This document shows, one piece after another, positions 1 through 8,939 of a DNA stretch of 39,434 bases. Location of the stretch: contig JASFYY010000092.1 in the NCBI GenBank assembly GCA_045046875.1, positions 1 to 39,434 on the forward strand, given 5' to 3'. Origin of the DNA: Verrucomicrobiota bacterium (lineage in GTDB: Bacteria > Verrucomicrobiota > Verrucomicrobiia > Verrucomicrobiales > DEV007). The notes beneath the pieces were generated by a model that ran no database searches, was not told the origin of the DNA, and worked only from the letters and a program-made list of their open reading frames with translations. The first letter of the stretch is position 1, and every line of letters begins with the position of its first letter. The position numbers and the translations under genes were made by a program.

Positions 1-1
1 G

Positions 2-190
2 ATTTTCTCGACAGTGGAAGATGGCGAAGCTTGGAGCAGTTTTGGAGTGTTTGGAAACGGTAGCCATCCATCAGCTGGATATGGTCGTGGTTTTGACGGG
101 ATCAACAACGCACCGGAGATGGATGACGAATTGCGCCGGATGCTGGAGAATCTCGAGGCTGAATTGGCTGAGTTGCGTGGCGGGCAGTGA
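2..190 (+). CDS. 3' end of an unknown protein (partial, runs off the window)
   Basis: Frame 2 is open from the window edge to TGA at 188-190 (...NNAPEMDDELRRMLENLEAELAELRGGQ*). Confidence 0.6.
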   Translation: MFSTVEDGEAWSSFGVFGNGSHPSAGYGRGFDGINNAPEMDDELRRMLENLEAELAELRGGQ

Positions 191-304
191 GTGAAAAATG
201 ACTTTATGAGTCGTTTTTTGATAGGTGCTTTGCAGTAAAATTTCAAATAGCTTTTGGGTCGTTGATTTAGCGCTTCGAGGGTATATGTTTATACATCTAG
301 AAAG

Positions 305-3300
305 ATGAAAACCTCGAAAGCTATTTTATCAATATGGGCAGTGTGTTGTGTTTATCACGGCACGTTATTTGCCGAAGATGACTTACTCAAAGCATTTCCT
401 CTGAAGCCTGCCTCGGCAGAATTCAAGGGCACGCGTTTTGAGTTGCTCCCTGCTGAAAAAACCGGGGTGTCCCATGTTAATTTGATCGATATCAAACATC
501 CGATGAAACGGGTTTATCACTCGAGTTCAGCTTGTGGTGGGGTGGCTATCGGGGATGTGGATTTGGATGGAAAAACTGATTTTTTTGCATCCAACGGACC
601 TCGTTCCAATTCATTGTATTTACAGACGGGGGAGATGGTGTTCGATAATGTGGCGGAGGCCCAGGGGGTGTCGGGTGGAGACGATGCCTGGGGGGTGGGG
701 GTATCGATGATCGATATCGATAATGATGGGGATCTCGATATTTACGTGGTTAACTACGATCATCCGAATCAACTGTTTATCAATCAGTTGATAGGTAAAG
801 ATGGCAAACGCTCGAAGGAGGGTTTGAGTTTTATTGAACAGGCCAAGGAGTTTGGTTTGGATGCGGTGGATGGTAGCATTGAGGGAGCTTTTTGTGATTT
901 TGATCGTGACGGGGATTTGGATATGTATCTTCTGACTCATCAGGTGTATCGCGACGGGGGGCGTCCGAAGGATCCAGTGCCGTTGATTAAATTGCCAAAC
1001 GGCAAACCTGAGGTGACTAAAAAATGGCAGCGTTGGTTCCGGGTGGATCATCAGGAGAAAGGGCCGAATGATGAAGTGATGTACACCGAGCGGGGGCGAC
1101 CTGACCGCTTGTATCGCAATGACGGTGGTAAGTTTGTGGAGATCACAGAAGAGGCGGGCATTTCTACCGGCCCGCGTTGGGGGAACTCGGTAACATGGTG
1201 GGACTACAATCAGGATGGCTGGCCGGATATTTATGTGGGCAACGATTTTTCAGACCCGGATTACCTTTATAGAAATAATGGTGATGGCACGTTTACGGAA
1301 AGTGCCCGTCCTACACTGCGGCACACCACTTGGTTCAGCATGGGGGCGGCTCAAACGGATTTGAACAATGATGGGTTGATCGATTTTTTGGTGGCCGATA
1401 TGATGCCCTCCACCCATTTCATGCAGAAGGCTTCGATGGCTTCGATGGGGTCTCGTTTGAAAAGGTTATTGGCGGTGCCGGGGGCTCGGCAGTTGATGCG
1501 CAATGCGCTGCATTTGAATACCGGAACGGATTATATGATGGAGGCGGGTTATTTGTCCGGAGTGGCGCAAACGGAATGGACCTGGGCGATTCGCAGCGCG
1601 GATTTTGATAATGACGGGGATGCTGATTTGTTTTTCACCAACGGGATTCCCCGACAGTTCAATCACTCGGATGTCGCACCGTCGTTTAATCATGCGATGC
1701 TGGTGGGTAAGAACAAGTGGGATTATTACGAAAAAACCTCGGAGCGACGGGAGCAGAATATGGCCTACCAGAATGAGGGAGGTTTGCAGTTTACCAATGT
1801 GAGCAAGCAGTGGGGGTTGGATCATGTGAGCATGAGTTATGGCGCGTCCATTGGTGATTTGAATGGGGATGGTTGGCAGGATTTGATTGTTGCCAATTTG
1901 GAAGACCCTTTGAGCTTGTATTTGAACAGAGGCGGTAAAGGTCATCGAATTGCGATTGATTTGCAGGGACGTGAAAGCAATCGCCAAGGCATAGGTTCAC
2001 TGGTGACGATAGAAACAGCAGGAGGAAAAAAACAGGTTCGTCATTTGCTGCCGACCGGAGGGTTTATGGATGGTGATGAAGCGCGGGTGCATTTTGGTTT
2101 GGGCACGGAAAAAAATATCATCCGTTTGAAGATAGAGTGGCCGAGTGGACGGGTGCAGGAGTTTAAAGATTTGGCAGCTGATCAGCGATATGTGATCCAA
2201 GAGCCCACTACAGGCGAAGCCAAGAAGAAGCCTGCGATTGAGAAACGAGGCTTGGAGTCGCCGATGTTTGTCGAATCAAGTGCCTTGAAGGGATTTGGAG
2301 TAGAGGAAAAACCCTTTGATGATTATGAGAGCCAATCGCTGTTGCCTCTGGGGTTGTCACAGTTGGGGCCAGGACAGGCCTGGGCGGATGTGGACGGTGA
2401 TGGTGATGATGATTTTTATCTCGGAGGTTCCACGGATCAGGCTGGGCGTTTATTTATCAATCAAACGGAGTCGGGATCCGATCAGCCCTTGTTGGTGCCT
2501 AGTCCAGTGATTGTGTTTGGAGAAGACGCTGCTTATGAAGATATGGGGATGCTGTTTTTTGATGCGGACAGCGATGGGGATTTGGATCTGTATGTGGTGA
2601 GCGGCAGTATTGAATGTGAGCCTGGAGATAAAATTCTGCAGGATCGTTTGTATTTGAATGATGGGAAGGGGGATTTCTCCAGAGCTCCAGTGGGGACGTT
2701 GCCAGCGATTCGGGAAAGCGGTAGTGTGGTGGTGGGAGCTGATGTCGATCGGGATGGTGACGTGGATCTATTTGTGGGAAGTCGGTCCGTTCCTGGAACT
2801 TATCCGGTGATCCCTACTAGCACTTTATTGATCAATGAAGGAGGAAAGTTTGTGGATGCCACGACTAAGATTTCGCCAGAGTTGGCAAAAACCGGCTTGG
2901 TGACTGGAGCTTTGTGGTCGGATGTGGACTCCGACGGATGGATCGATCTGGTGGTGACTCACGATTGGGGTTTGATCAAAATATACCGGAACCGGCAAGG
3001 GGTTTTAAAAGACGAGACGGCACAGAGTGGAATAGGTAAGGAGTTTGGCTGGTGGAATGGGATCGCTGCCCGGGATATTGATAATGATGGTGATGTGGAT
3101 TTTGTGGCGACCAATTACGGTCTGAACACACAGTATAAAGCCTCGTTGACTTCCCCTGAGCTGATTTTTTATGGTGACTTTGATAAAACAGGTAAATCAC
3201 ATATTCTGGAAGCTAGTTTTGAGGGCGAGGTGTGTTTCCCCCGTCGGGGTTTCAGTTGCACCAGCTTGGCGATGCCGATGATTGGCGACAAAATGCAGAC

Positions 3301-4054
3301 CTACAGCAATTTTGCCAGTGCTTCCTTGTCACAGATTATCCCCATTGACCGGCTTTCCGGAGGAATCCGGCATCGTGCCAATATTCTTGAATCAAGTGTG
3401 TTGATGAATGATGGGGAAGGGCATTTTACCGTGGTGAAATTGCCTCATTTGACCCAGGCTTCACCGGGATTCGGAGTGGTGCTCAGTGATGTGGATTTGG
3501 ATGGGAAGGTGGACTGTTATATCGTGCAGAACTTTTTTAATCCGCAGGTTGAGACAGGGCCTTTTGACAGTGGTTTGAGTTTGTTACTGCGCGGAACGGG
3601 AGACCCAAAAAAACCGTTCGAAGCTGTGTGGCCGGCCAAGAGTGGTTTGTTGGTGCCGGGCGATGCCAAGAGCCTGGCTGCCGTTGATTTGAACAGAGAT
3701 GGTCGTGAAGATTTTGTTGTGGGAGTGAATAACGCGGATCCTCAGGTTTTCATTAATGCGATTCCTTTGAAGGGGGTGCATCCGTTACGCATTCAGTTGA
3801 CTGGAGCAAAAGGGAATCCGCAGGCTCTGGGCGCGCGAGTGACGGTGCGCGCACCGGGGATGAAGCCGCAAACGGCGGAGATCTATGGTGGCGGCAGTTA
3901 TCTGACCCAATCGAGTGCTGACCTGATCTTTTCAGTTCCTCAAACAGGAAAAGAAAAAAAGGATGTCTTGCTTGAAATCCGCTGGCCGGATGGTGGCATC
4001 ACTTCGACCAAATGTGATTCAACCGCCCAGTCACTGTCGATTAAGAGGAAATAG
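305..4054 (+). CDS. Secreted FG-GAP/VCBS repeat protein with two ASPIC/UnbV domains (CRTAC1-like)
   Basis: Signal peptide; many DxDxDGxxD repeats (DIDNDGDLD, DFDRDGDLD, DVDGDGDDD); two ASPIC-like segments (NRQGIGSLV...VHFGLG...WPSG and NPQALGARV...WPDG). Confidence 0.9.
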   Translation: MKTSKAILSIWAVCCVYHGTLFAEDDLLKAFPLKPASAEFKGTRFELLPAEKTGVSHVNLIDIKHPMKRVYHSSSACGGVAIGDVDLDGKTDFFASNGPRSNSLYLQTGEMVFDNVAEAQGVSGGDDAWGVGVSMIDIDNDGDLDIYVVNYDHPNQLFINQLIGKDGKRSKEGLSFIEQAKEFGLDAVDGSIEGAFCDFDRDGDLDMYLLTHQVYRDGGRPKDPVPLIKLPNGKPEVTKKWQRWFRVDHQEKGPNDEVMYTERGRPDRLYRNDGGKFVEITEEAGISTGPRWGNSVTWWDYNQDGWPDIYVGNDFSDPDYLYRNNGDGTFTESARPTLRHTTWFSMGAAQTDLNNDGLIDFLVADMMPSTHFMQKASMASMGSRLKRLLAVPGARQLMRNALHLNTGTDYMMEAGYLSGVAQTEWTWAIRSADFDNDGDADLFFTNGIPRQFNHSDVAPSFNHAMLVGKNKWDYYEKTSERREQNMAYQNEGGLQFTNVSKQWGLDHVSMSYGASIGDLNGDGWQDLIVANLEDPLSLYLNRGGKGHRIAIDLQGRESNRQGIGSLVTIETAGGKKQVRHLLPTGGFMDGDEARVHFGLGTEKNIIRLKIEWPSGRVQEFKDLAADQRYVIQEPTTGEAKKKPAIEKRGLESPMFVESSALKGFGVEEKPFDDYESQSLLPLGLSQLGPGQAWADVDGDGDDDFYLGGSTDQAGRLFINQTESGSDQPLLVPSPVIVFGEDAAYEDMGMLFFDADSDGDLDLYVVSGSIECEPGDKILQDRLYLNDGKGDFSRAPVGTLPAIRESGSVVVGADVDRDGDVDLFVGSRSVPGTYPVIPTSTLLINEGGKFVDATTKISPELAKTGLVTGALWSDVDSDGWIDLVVTHDWGLIKIYRNRQGVLKDETAQSGIGKEFGWWNGIAARDIDNDGDVDFVATNYGLNTQYKASLTSPELIFYGDFDKTGKSHILEASFEGEVCFPRRGFSCTSLAMPMIGDKMQTYSNFASASLSQIIPIDRLSGGIRHRANILESSVLMNDGEGHFTVVKLPHLTQASPGFGVVLSDVDLDGKVDCYIVQNFFNPQVETGPFDSGLSLLLRGTGDPKKPFEAVWPAKSGLLVPGDAKSLAAVDLNRDGREDFVVGVNNADPQVFINAIPLKGVHPLRIQLTGAKGNPQALGARVTVRAPGMKPQTAEIYGGGSYLTQSSADLIFSVPQTGKEKKDVLLEIRWPDGGITSTKCDSTAQSLSIKRK

Positions 4055-4078
4055 GAGCACGGGCGGGAGCTTGAGTTT

Positions 4079-4654
4079 CTAAAATTCAAGCATGCCGTTT
4101 TCTGTGACGATGGCGTCGACCCGTTGGTCGTGGTTTTGTTCGGGCACGTGATTTAACTGACAGTCGAAGCAAACGCCAATCGTGATGAGTGGATGGCGGG
4201 AGCTCTTAAGCTGATGAAGAAGACGGTCATAAAAGCCTTTGCCTTTTCCTAGGCGGGCGCCGTTTGATGGGTCGAAGGCGAGTCCGGGCAAGAGGATGAT
4301 TCCCAAATCCTGCTGAGGAAAAAGCGGGCAGAGTTGTGGCGATGGTTCGTTGATATCAGCGTAACCCGGGATGAATTGTGAAGGGCTTGTGACTTGTCGG
4401 ATCTCCAATTGATCGCCAATGACTCTAGGGAAACAAAAACTTTGCCGGGCCACTCTTTTTTCGAACAAAGGCATCAGGTCGGGCTCGTTGGCAAGCGCGG
4501 CGAAACTGAGCGTGGCATGGGTTGAGCTAGAAAAAAAAGAGCGGTATAAATGACCGCAAATTTTTGCTGACAGGTCTTTTATAGTTTTGGAAGACAGCAG
4601 ACGTAATTGTTCGCGGGTAACGGATCTAAGCTTGGATTTCGCCCCAGCTTTCAT
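4079..4654 (-). CDS. ygfA: 5-formyltetrahydrofolate cyclo-ligase
   Basis: Motifs PGLAFD, RLGKGKGFYDRLL, HDQRVDAIVTE. Confidence 0.92.
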   Translation of the reverse strand: MKAGAKSKLRSVTREQLRLLSSKTIKDLSAKICGHLYRSFFSSSTHATLSFAALANEPDLMPLFEKRVARQSFCFPRVIGDQLEIRQVTSPSQFIPGYADINEPSPQLCPLFPQQDLGIILLPGLAFDPSNGARLGKGKGFYDRLLHQLKSSRHPLITIGVCFDCQLNHVPEQNHDQRVDAIVTENGMLEF

Positions 4655-5115
4655 TTTTGTGATCGAACCACAATTTTGGAGCCGTTTGCTTCAACCACGG
4701 TGATAGCGGTGGCTTGGTCGATGAATCCCGATTCGGCGATCACATCGAATTTTTTACCGTCGATCAGTGCTTTGCCTGACGGCCCGAGATCAGTGAGGGT
4801 TTGGCCCTTTTTGTTGAGTAACAGAGATTCATCTTCCGTAGGTTGTGGGCGTTCTGCTGTTTGGGTGAGAATAAAGTGTTTCATTCCCGGGAGTTTCTCA
4901 AAATTTTCCATCCAAAAATATAGAGCTACGCAGGCCATCACAAGGATGGCTAGAGTGGTCAGGATGCCGGCATTAAATCCGTATTCGGTGAAAGTGGTGA
5001 CGATTGCCCCGAGTAGGCACAATGCCCCTAGAAACCCTACGATGCCTCCGGGAATAAAGAGTTCGAGTAACAGGGCCGCAGTGCCAATTAAAATGAGAGT
5101 GATAATAAGAGTCAC
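4651..5115 (-). CDS. Short NfeD family membrane protein
   Basis: ELFIPGG plus three hydrophobic helices; C-terminal OB-fold TLTDLGPSGKA...DVIAESGFI; GTG start; 4-bp overlap with ygfA. Confidence 0.85.
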   Translation of the reverse strand: MTLIITLILIGTAALLLELFIPGGIVGFLGALCLLGAIVTTFTEYGFNAGILTTLAILVMACVALYFWMENFEKLPGMKHFILTQTAERPQPTEDESLLLNKKGQTLTDLGPSGKALIDGKKFDVIAESGFIDQATAITVVEANGSKIVVRSQK

Positions 5116-5178
5116 GAGATAAAGAGAGTGATTTCAGATAGTATAGACGGAATAGTCTCCCGGGGTAAGGATAAAATG

Positions 5179-5946
5179 TCAGTTACTTTTCGGATTTTTA
5201 GCTAGGTTGCTTTTCCATCCCAGAGACCGGGCGGCTTGTTGGGCATGTTGAGTAGCGGATAGTCCGAGGCGTTTGATGTCAGATTTTTTTAATCGTGAGG
5301 AAGGGCCGCCGACCATCAGGGCTATGGAAATAGGGCGATGATGACAAGGGACGGGGGCTGCAATCACGCAGCGCTCATCGGTTTTTTCCAGAGCATAACC
5401 TCTTTTGCGGATTTCCCCCAATTCAGCTAACAGCTCACTTGGAGAAGGAATGGATGGGGTTCCTGCTTGCTGGTCGTGTTTGAGGCATTCCAGCACATAG
5501 TCTTCATTGCAAAAGGCAAGAATGGCTTTGCCACAAACATCATGCCAGGGAAGACAGCGCAAGCCGACTCGCCCTCCCAAACGGATTTCCTTGCCGGAAA
5601 TGCAATCATGTAGGTATGAAACCTGACCAAGGTGATAATGGGCGGCGGATGCGGTTTCTCCAGTTTCTCGGCCAAGCGCTTCGACGTGGGGGATAACCGT
5701 TTGTCGAACAGGCATACGGGCTTGCAAAATATGACCGAGCTCGAACAGTCGTAAGCCGAGGTCGTGACGCCCGTCTGAGAGCACGCGAACATATTCGCGG
5801 GACTTCAAAGTGCTTAATAGACGGGATACGCCGCTTTTATCCATCTTCAGCATGCGGCTTAATTCCATCACGCCAAGAGGGCCTGTATTTCCCAACGCAT
5901 CGAGCACGTCCATTGCTTTTACCAGAGTACCTACCTGACCTTTCAT
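5179..5946 (-). CDS. IclR family transcriptional regulator
   Basis: N-terminal HTH (KAMDVLD...KSGVSRLLSTL...LGLRLFELG); effector domain ETGETA, GKAILAF, IRKRGYA, IAAPV. Confidence 0.92.
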   Translation of the reverse strand: MKGQVGTLVKAMDVLDALGNTGPLGVMELSRMLKMDKSGVSRLLSTLKSREYVRVLSDGRHDLGLRLFELGHILQARMPVRQTVIPHVEALGRETGETASAAHYHLGQVSYLHDCISGKEIRLGGRVGLRCLPWHDVCGKAILAFCNEDYVLECLKHDQQAGTPSIPSPSELLAELGEIRKRGYALEKTDERCVIAAPVPCHHRPISIALMVGGPSSRLKKSDIKRLGLSATQHAQQAARSLGWKSNLAKNPKSN

Positions 5947-5954
5947 GAAAAAAG

Positions 5955-6004
5955 TTTACAATTTACAGTTGCGAAATGCAAGACTCTATTGTAAATAATG
6001 CAAC
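5955..6004. promoter_or_regulatory. Candidate IclR operator region in a divergent promoter
   Basis: Dyads TTGC-gaaat-GCAA (5969-5981) and TTTACAAT (5955-5962) / ATTGTAAA (5988-5995) in the 82-bp gap. Confidence 0.45.
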
Positions 6005-6028
6005 GCCATAAAGGTTTGGTGCCCCCCT

Positions 6029-7423
6029 ATGAAAACCTCCATTGTTAAAACAGCCGTCGTTTTTCTTTCTATTTCGTCTCCCTTGTTCGCCGCCGAACCG
6101 CTCAAGGTGGCTGATCACCTTGAGTTGTTTGTTGATGATTATCTTGTTGAGAAGACGACAGGAGATGTGAAGCAGCAACTGATGAAACCTGTGGCGAAGG
6201 AGGTGGTTCTGGTGACGGATTCACCTTGGGAGGGCAATACCAGTGGTTATTACAGTTTTTTCAAAGATGGCGATATGTTTCGTGTCGTTTACCGTGGTTG
6301 GCAGCATGACGCTAAAATGAAAGCCGAGCATAAGGAGGTCACTTGTTATGCTGAAAGCAAAGACGGCATTCATTGGAGCAAGCCGAATCTGGGTTTGTTT
6401 GAGTGGAAGGGATCGAAGGAGAATAACATTGTTTGGCTGGGGCTCGGCACGCACAATTTTACGGCCTTTCGCGATGACAATCCCGGTGCATCACCAGAGG
6501 GGCGTTATAAGGCTCTAGGTGGTTTGGCCGGAGGTTTGGCGATGTTCCAGTCTCCTGATTGTAAAAATTGGAAGCTGGTTCAGGACAAACCGGTGATCAC
6601 CGATGGAGCCTTCGATTCACAGAATCTGGCTTTCTGGGATACTGACCGTAATGAATACCGGGCGTACTGGAGAATATTCACCAAAGGCGTTACGACGAAA
6701 AAGAATTGGAAACCCGAAGGTTTTCGAGCCATTCGCACGGCGACTTCCAAGGACTTTAAGGCTTGGGAAAACCAAGCTGATTTGACCTATGGCGAGGAGA
6801 CGCCTGCTCAACATCTCTATACCAACGCTATCCAGAAATACTTCAGGGCACCTCAGATTTTTATCGGTTTTCCTACGCGTTATCTGCCTAAAGAAGGCCA
6901 GCGGGTTGAACCGGTTCTGATGTCGAGTCGCGATGGGGTGAAATTTAATCGATGGGCGGAAGAGGTGATCAGTGAGGATGCTCCGAAAGACCGGAAGGGC
7001 AATCGTTCCAATTACATGACCTGGGGAATGTTTCAACTACCGGGCAAACCCAAGGAGCTTTCGGTGTATGCCACGGAAAATTATTATGAGCGGACCCCGG
7101 GCCGGGTGAGACGCTTTGCTTATCGGGTTGATGGTTTTGTAGCTATGCGGGGAGGGGCGCAGGGGGGCGAAGTTTTGACCAAGCCTTTGCAATATATGGG
7201 AAAAAACCTGTTGATGAATTATGTGGTTCGCGAGGGCGGGGTACTGAGGGTTGAGGTGCTTGATCAAAGCGGCAAGGTGATTGGGAAATCGAAAGCCTTG
7301 CAGGGGAATGCTGTTGATGGCGTGGTTGAATGGGAGAAAAACCCTGAACTCAAAAACGGGGTGGTGAGCTTGCGAATTTCACTCAAAAATGCAGACGTCT
7401 TTTCGTTGAAGTTTTCTAACTGA
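6029..7423 (+). CDS. Secreted beta-propeller glycoside hydrolase-like protein (GH32/43/130-like fold) with C-terminal beta-sandwich
   Basis: Signal peptide; ELFVDD, PWEG, AESKDGIHW, FDSQN, SRDGVKF, DGFV...LTKP motifs. Confidence 0.65.
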   Translation: MKTSIVKTAVVFLSISSPLFAAEPLKVADHLELFVDDYLVEKTTGDVKQQLMKPVAKEVVLVTDSPWEGNTSGYYSFFKDGDMFRVVYRGWQHDAKMKAEHKEVTCYAESKDGIHWSKPNLGLFEWKGSKENNIVWLGLGTHNFTAFRDDNPGASPEGRYKALGGLAGGLAMFQSPDCKNWKLVQDKPVITDGAFDSQNLAFWDTDRNEYRAYWRIFTKGVTTKKNWKPEGFRAIRTATSKDFKAWENQADLTYGEETPAQHLYTNAIQKYFRAPQIFIGFPTRYLPKEGQRVEPVLMSSRDGVKFNRWAEEVISEDAPKDRKGNRSNYMTWGMFQLPGKPKELSVYATENYYERTPGRVRRFAYRVDGFVAMRGGAQGGEVLTKPLQYMGKNLLMNYVVREGGVLRVEVLDQSGKVIGKSKALQGNAVDGVVEWEKNPELKNGVVSLRISLKNADVFSLKFSN

Positions 7424-7454
7424 GCTTGTTTTTAATCAAATCCCTAAAATTGAG

Positions 7455-8939
7455 ATGAAAATTCAATCGGCATTTATTATTTTTTTCGTATTTTCGTTCA
7501 GCTTCGCTTCTGCGGGAGAGAAGGGGAATCCGGTCGGCAATCCGAGCGTCTTAAAAGGGAAGGTCAATGAAGTGGTGGACATCGCGTCACGACGGGAGTT
7601 GTTTGTGGATCACTTCCTGATTGATCAAATGAAAGGTGCCCAATTGGTGATGAATCGTCCCCACGATGCAGGGGTGGTTCTAAAGTTCGACCAAGCCTGG
7701 GAAGGGCCTTTTTGTGGTTATTGCACGGTTATCAAAACGGAATCCGGATATCGAGTTTATTATCGAGGCAAGTTTGGCGCGGGTACAGACGGGGATACTG
7801 GCGAAGTGACATGTGTTGCGGATTCCAAAGACGGTATCACTTGGTTGCGGCCAAAGTTGAATCTGTATGAGGTGGGTGGTCACCGTGATAATAACATAGT
7901 GCTGGCGGGCAAGGCTCCTTACAGTCATAATTTTTCACCTTGGCTGGATACTCGGCCAGGAGTGCCGAAAGATCAGCGTTACAAAGCTCTTGCGGGTATT
8001 CACTCATCGGGGGTTGCTTTGTTTGTTTCCCCGGATGGGTTGAGCTGGAAGATTTTGAAAGAGAAGATTCTCACCAGTAAGGAATTTGCTTTCGACAGTC
8101 AGGCTTGTGCCTTCTGGTCCGAGTCCGAAAAACAGTATGTCTGTTATTTCCGTACCTGGAAAAACAAGGTGCGTTGGGTTTCGCGTTCCACTAGCAAGGA
8201 TGCGCTCACTTGGACGGATCCCGTAGAAATGACTTTTGGCGATGCTCCTGCAGAGCATCTGTATACCAATCAAACGCAGCCCTATTTTCGTGCGCCTCAC
8301 TTATACTTGTCAACGGCAGCCCGTTTCATGCCTGGTCGCCAGGTGGTGACTGATGAACAGGCTCGTGAGATCAATGTGAATCCGAAGTATTTCAAAGACA
8401 CCTCTGATGCGGTGTTAATCACTTCCCGTGGAGGCAGTGTTTATGACCGGACTTTCCTGACCAGTTTTATCCGTCCGGGGATCGGAGCGAAAAACTGGGT
8501 TTCGCGTACCAATTATCCGGCTTTGAATGTGGTGCAGACCGGGAGCGCTGAGATGTCGGTTTACGTCAACCAGGATTACGCACAACCGACAGCGCATCTG
8601 CGCCGTTATTCAATGCGCTTGGACGGATTGGCCTCGGTGCGGGCGGAGTATAGCGGAGGGGAATTGCTCACTCGGCCATTCACCTTTACTGGCAAAATGC
8701 TCTCGATCAATTTTGCTACCTCGGCGGCAGGCTCTGTTCGTGTAGAAATCCAGACCGCGGAAGGTAAGCCGGTTCCTGGTTTTTCTGCGATGGAATGTCG
8801 TGAGCAAATTGGCAATGAAATCGACCGGACAGTGACGTGGAATGCAGGAAGTGATGTGTCTGCACTCGCAGGTAAACCCGTGCGCTTGCGTTTTGTGATG
8901 AAAGACTCGGATATTTTTGCGCTGAAGTTTTCGAAATGA
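7455..8939 (+). CDS. Paralogous secreted beta-propeller glycoside hydrolase-like protein
   Basis: Same motif series as the upstream gene (ELFVDH, AWEG, ADSKDGITW, HNF, FDSQ, HLYTN, YFRAP, LTRP). Confidence 0.65.
   Translation: MKIQSAFIIFFVFSFSFASAGEKGNPVGNPSVLKGKVNEVVDIASRRELFVDHFLIDQMKGAQLVMNRPHDAGVVLKFDQAWEGPFCGYCTVIKTESGYRVYYRGKFGAGTDGDTGEVTCVADSKDGITWLRPKLNLYEVGGHRDNNIVLAGKAPYSHNFSPWLDTRPGVPKDQRYKALAGIHSSGVALFVSPDGLSWKILKEKILTSKEFAFDSQACAFWSESEKQYVCYFRTWKNKVRWVSRSTSKDALTWTDPVEMTFGDAPAEHLYTNQTQPYFRAPHLYLSTAARFMPGRQVVTDEQAREINVNPKYFKDTSDAVLITSRGGSVYDRTFLTSFIRPGIGAKNWVSRTNYPALNVVQTGSAEMSVYVNQDYAQPTAHLRRYSMRLDGLASVRAEYSGGELLTRPFTFTGKMLSINFATSAAGSVRVEIQTAEGKPVPGFSAMECREQIGNEIDRTVTWNAGSDVSALAGKPVRLRFVMKDSDIFALKFSK

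Noticed and set aside
4655..5178. 6S RNA (ssrS) expected upstream of ygfA
   Set aside because: The space is occupied by nfeD, and the remaining 63-bp gap is too short.
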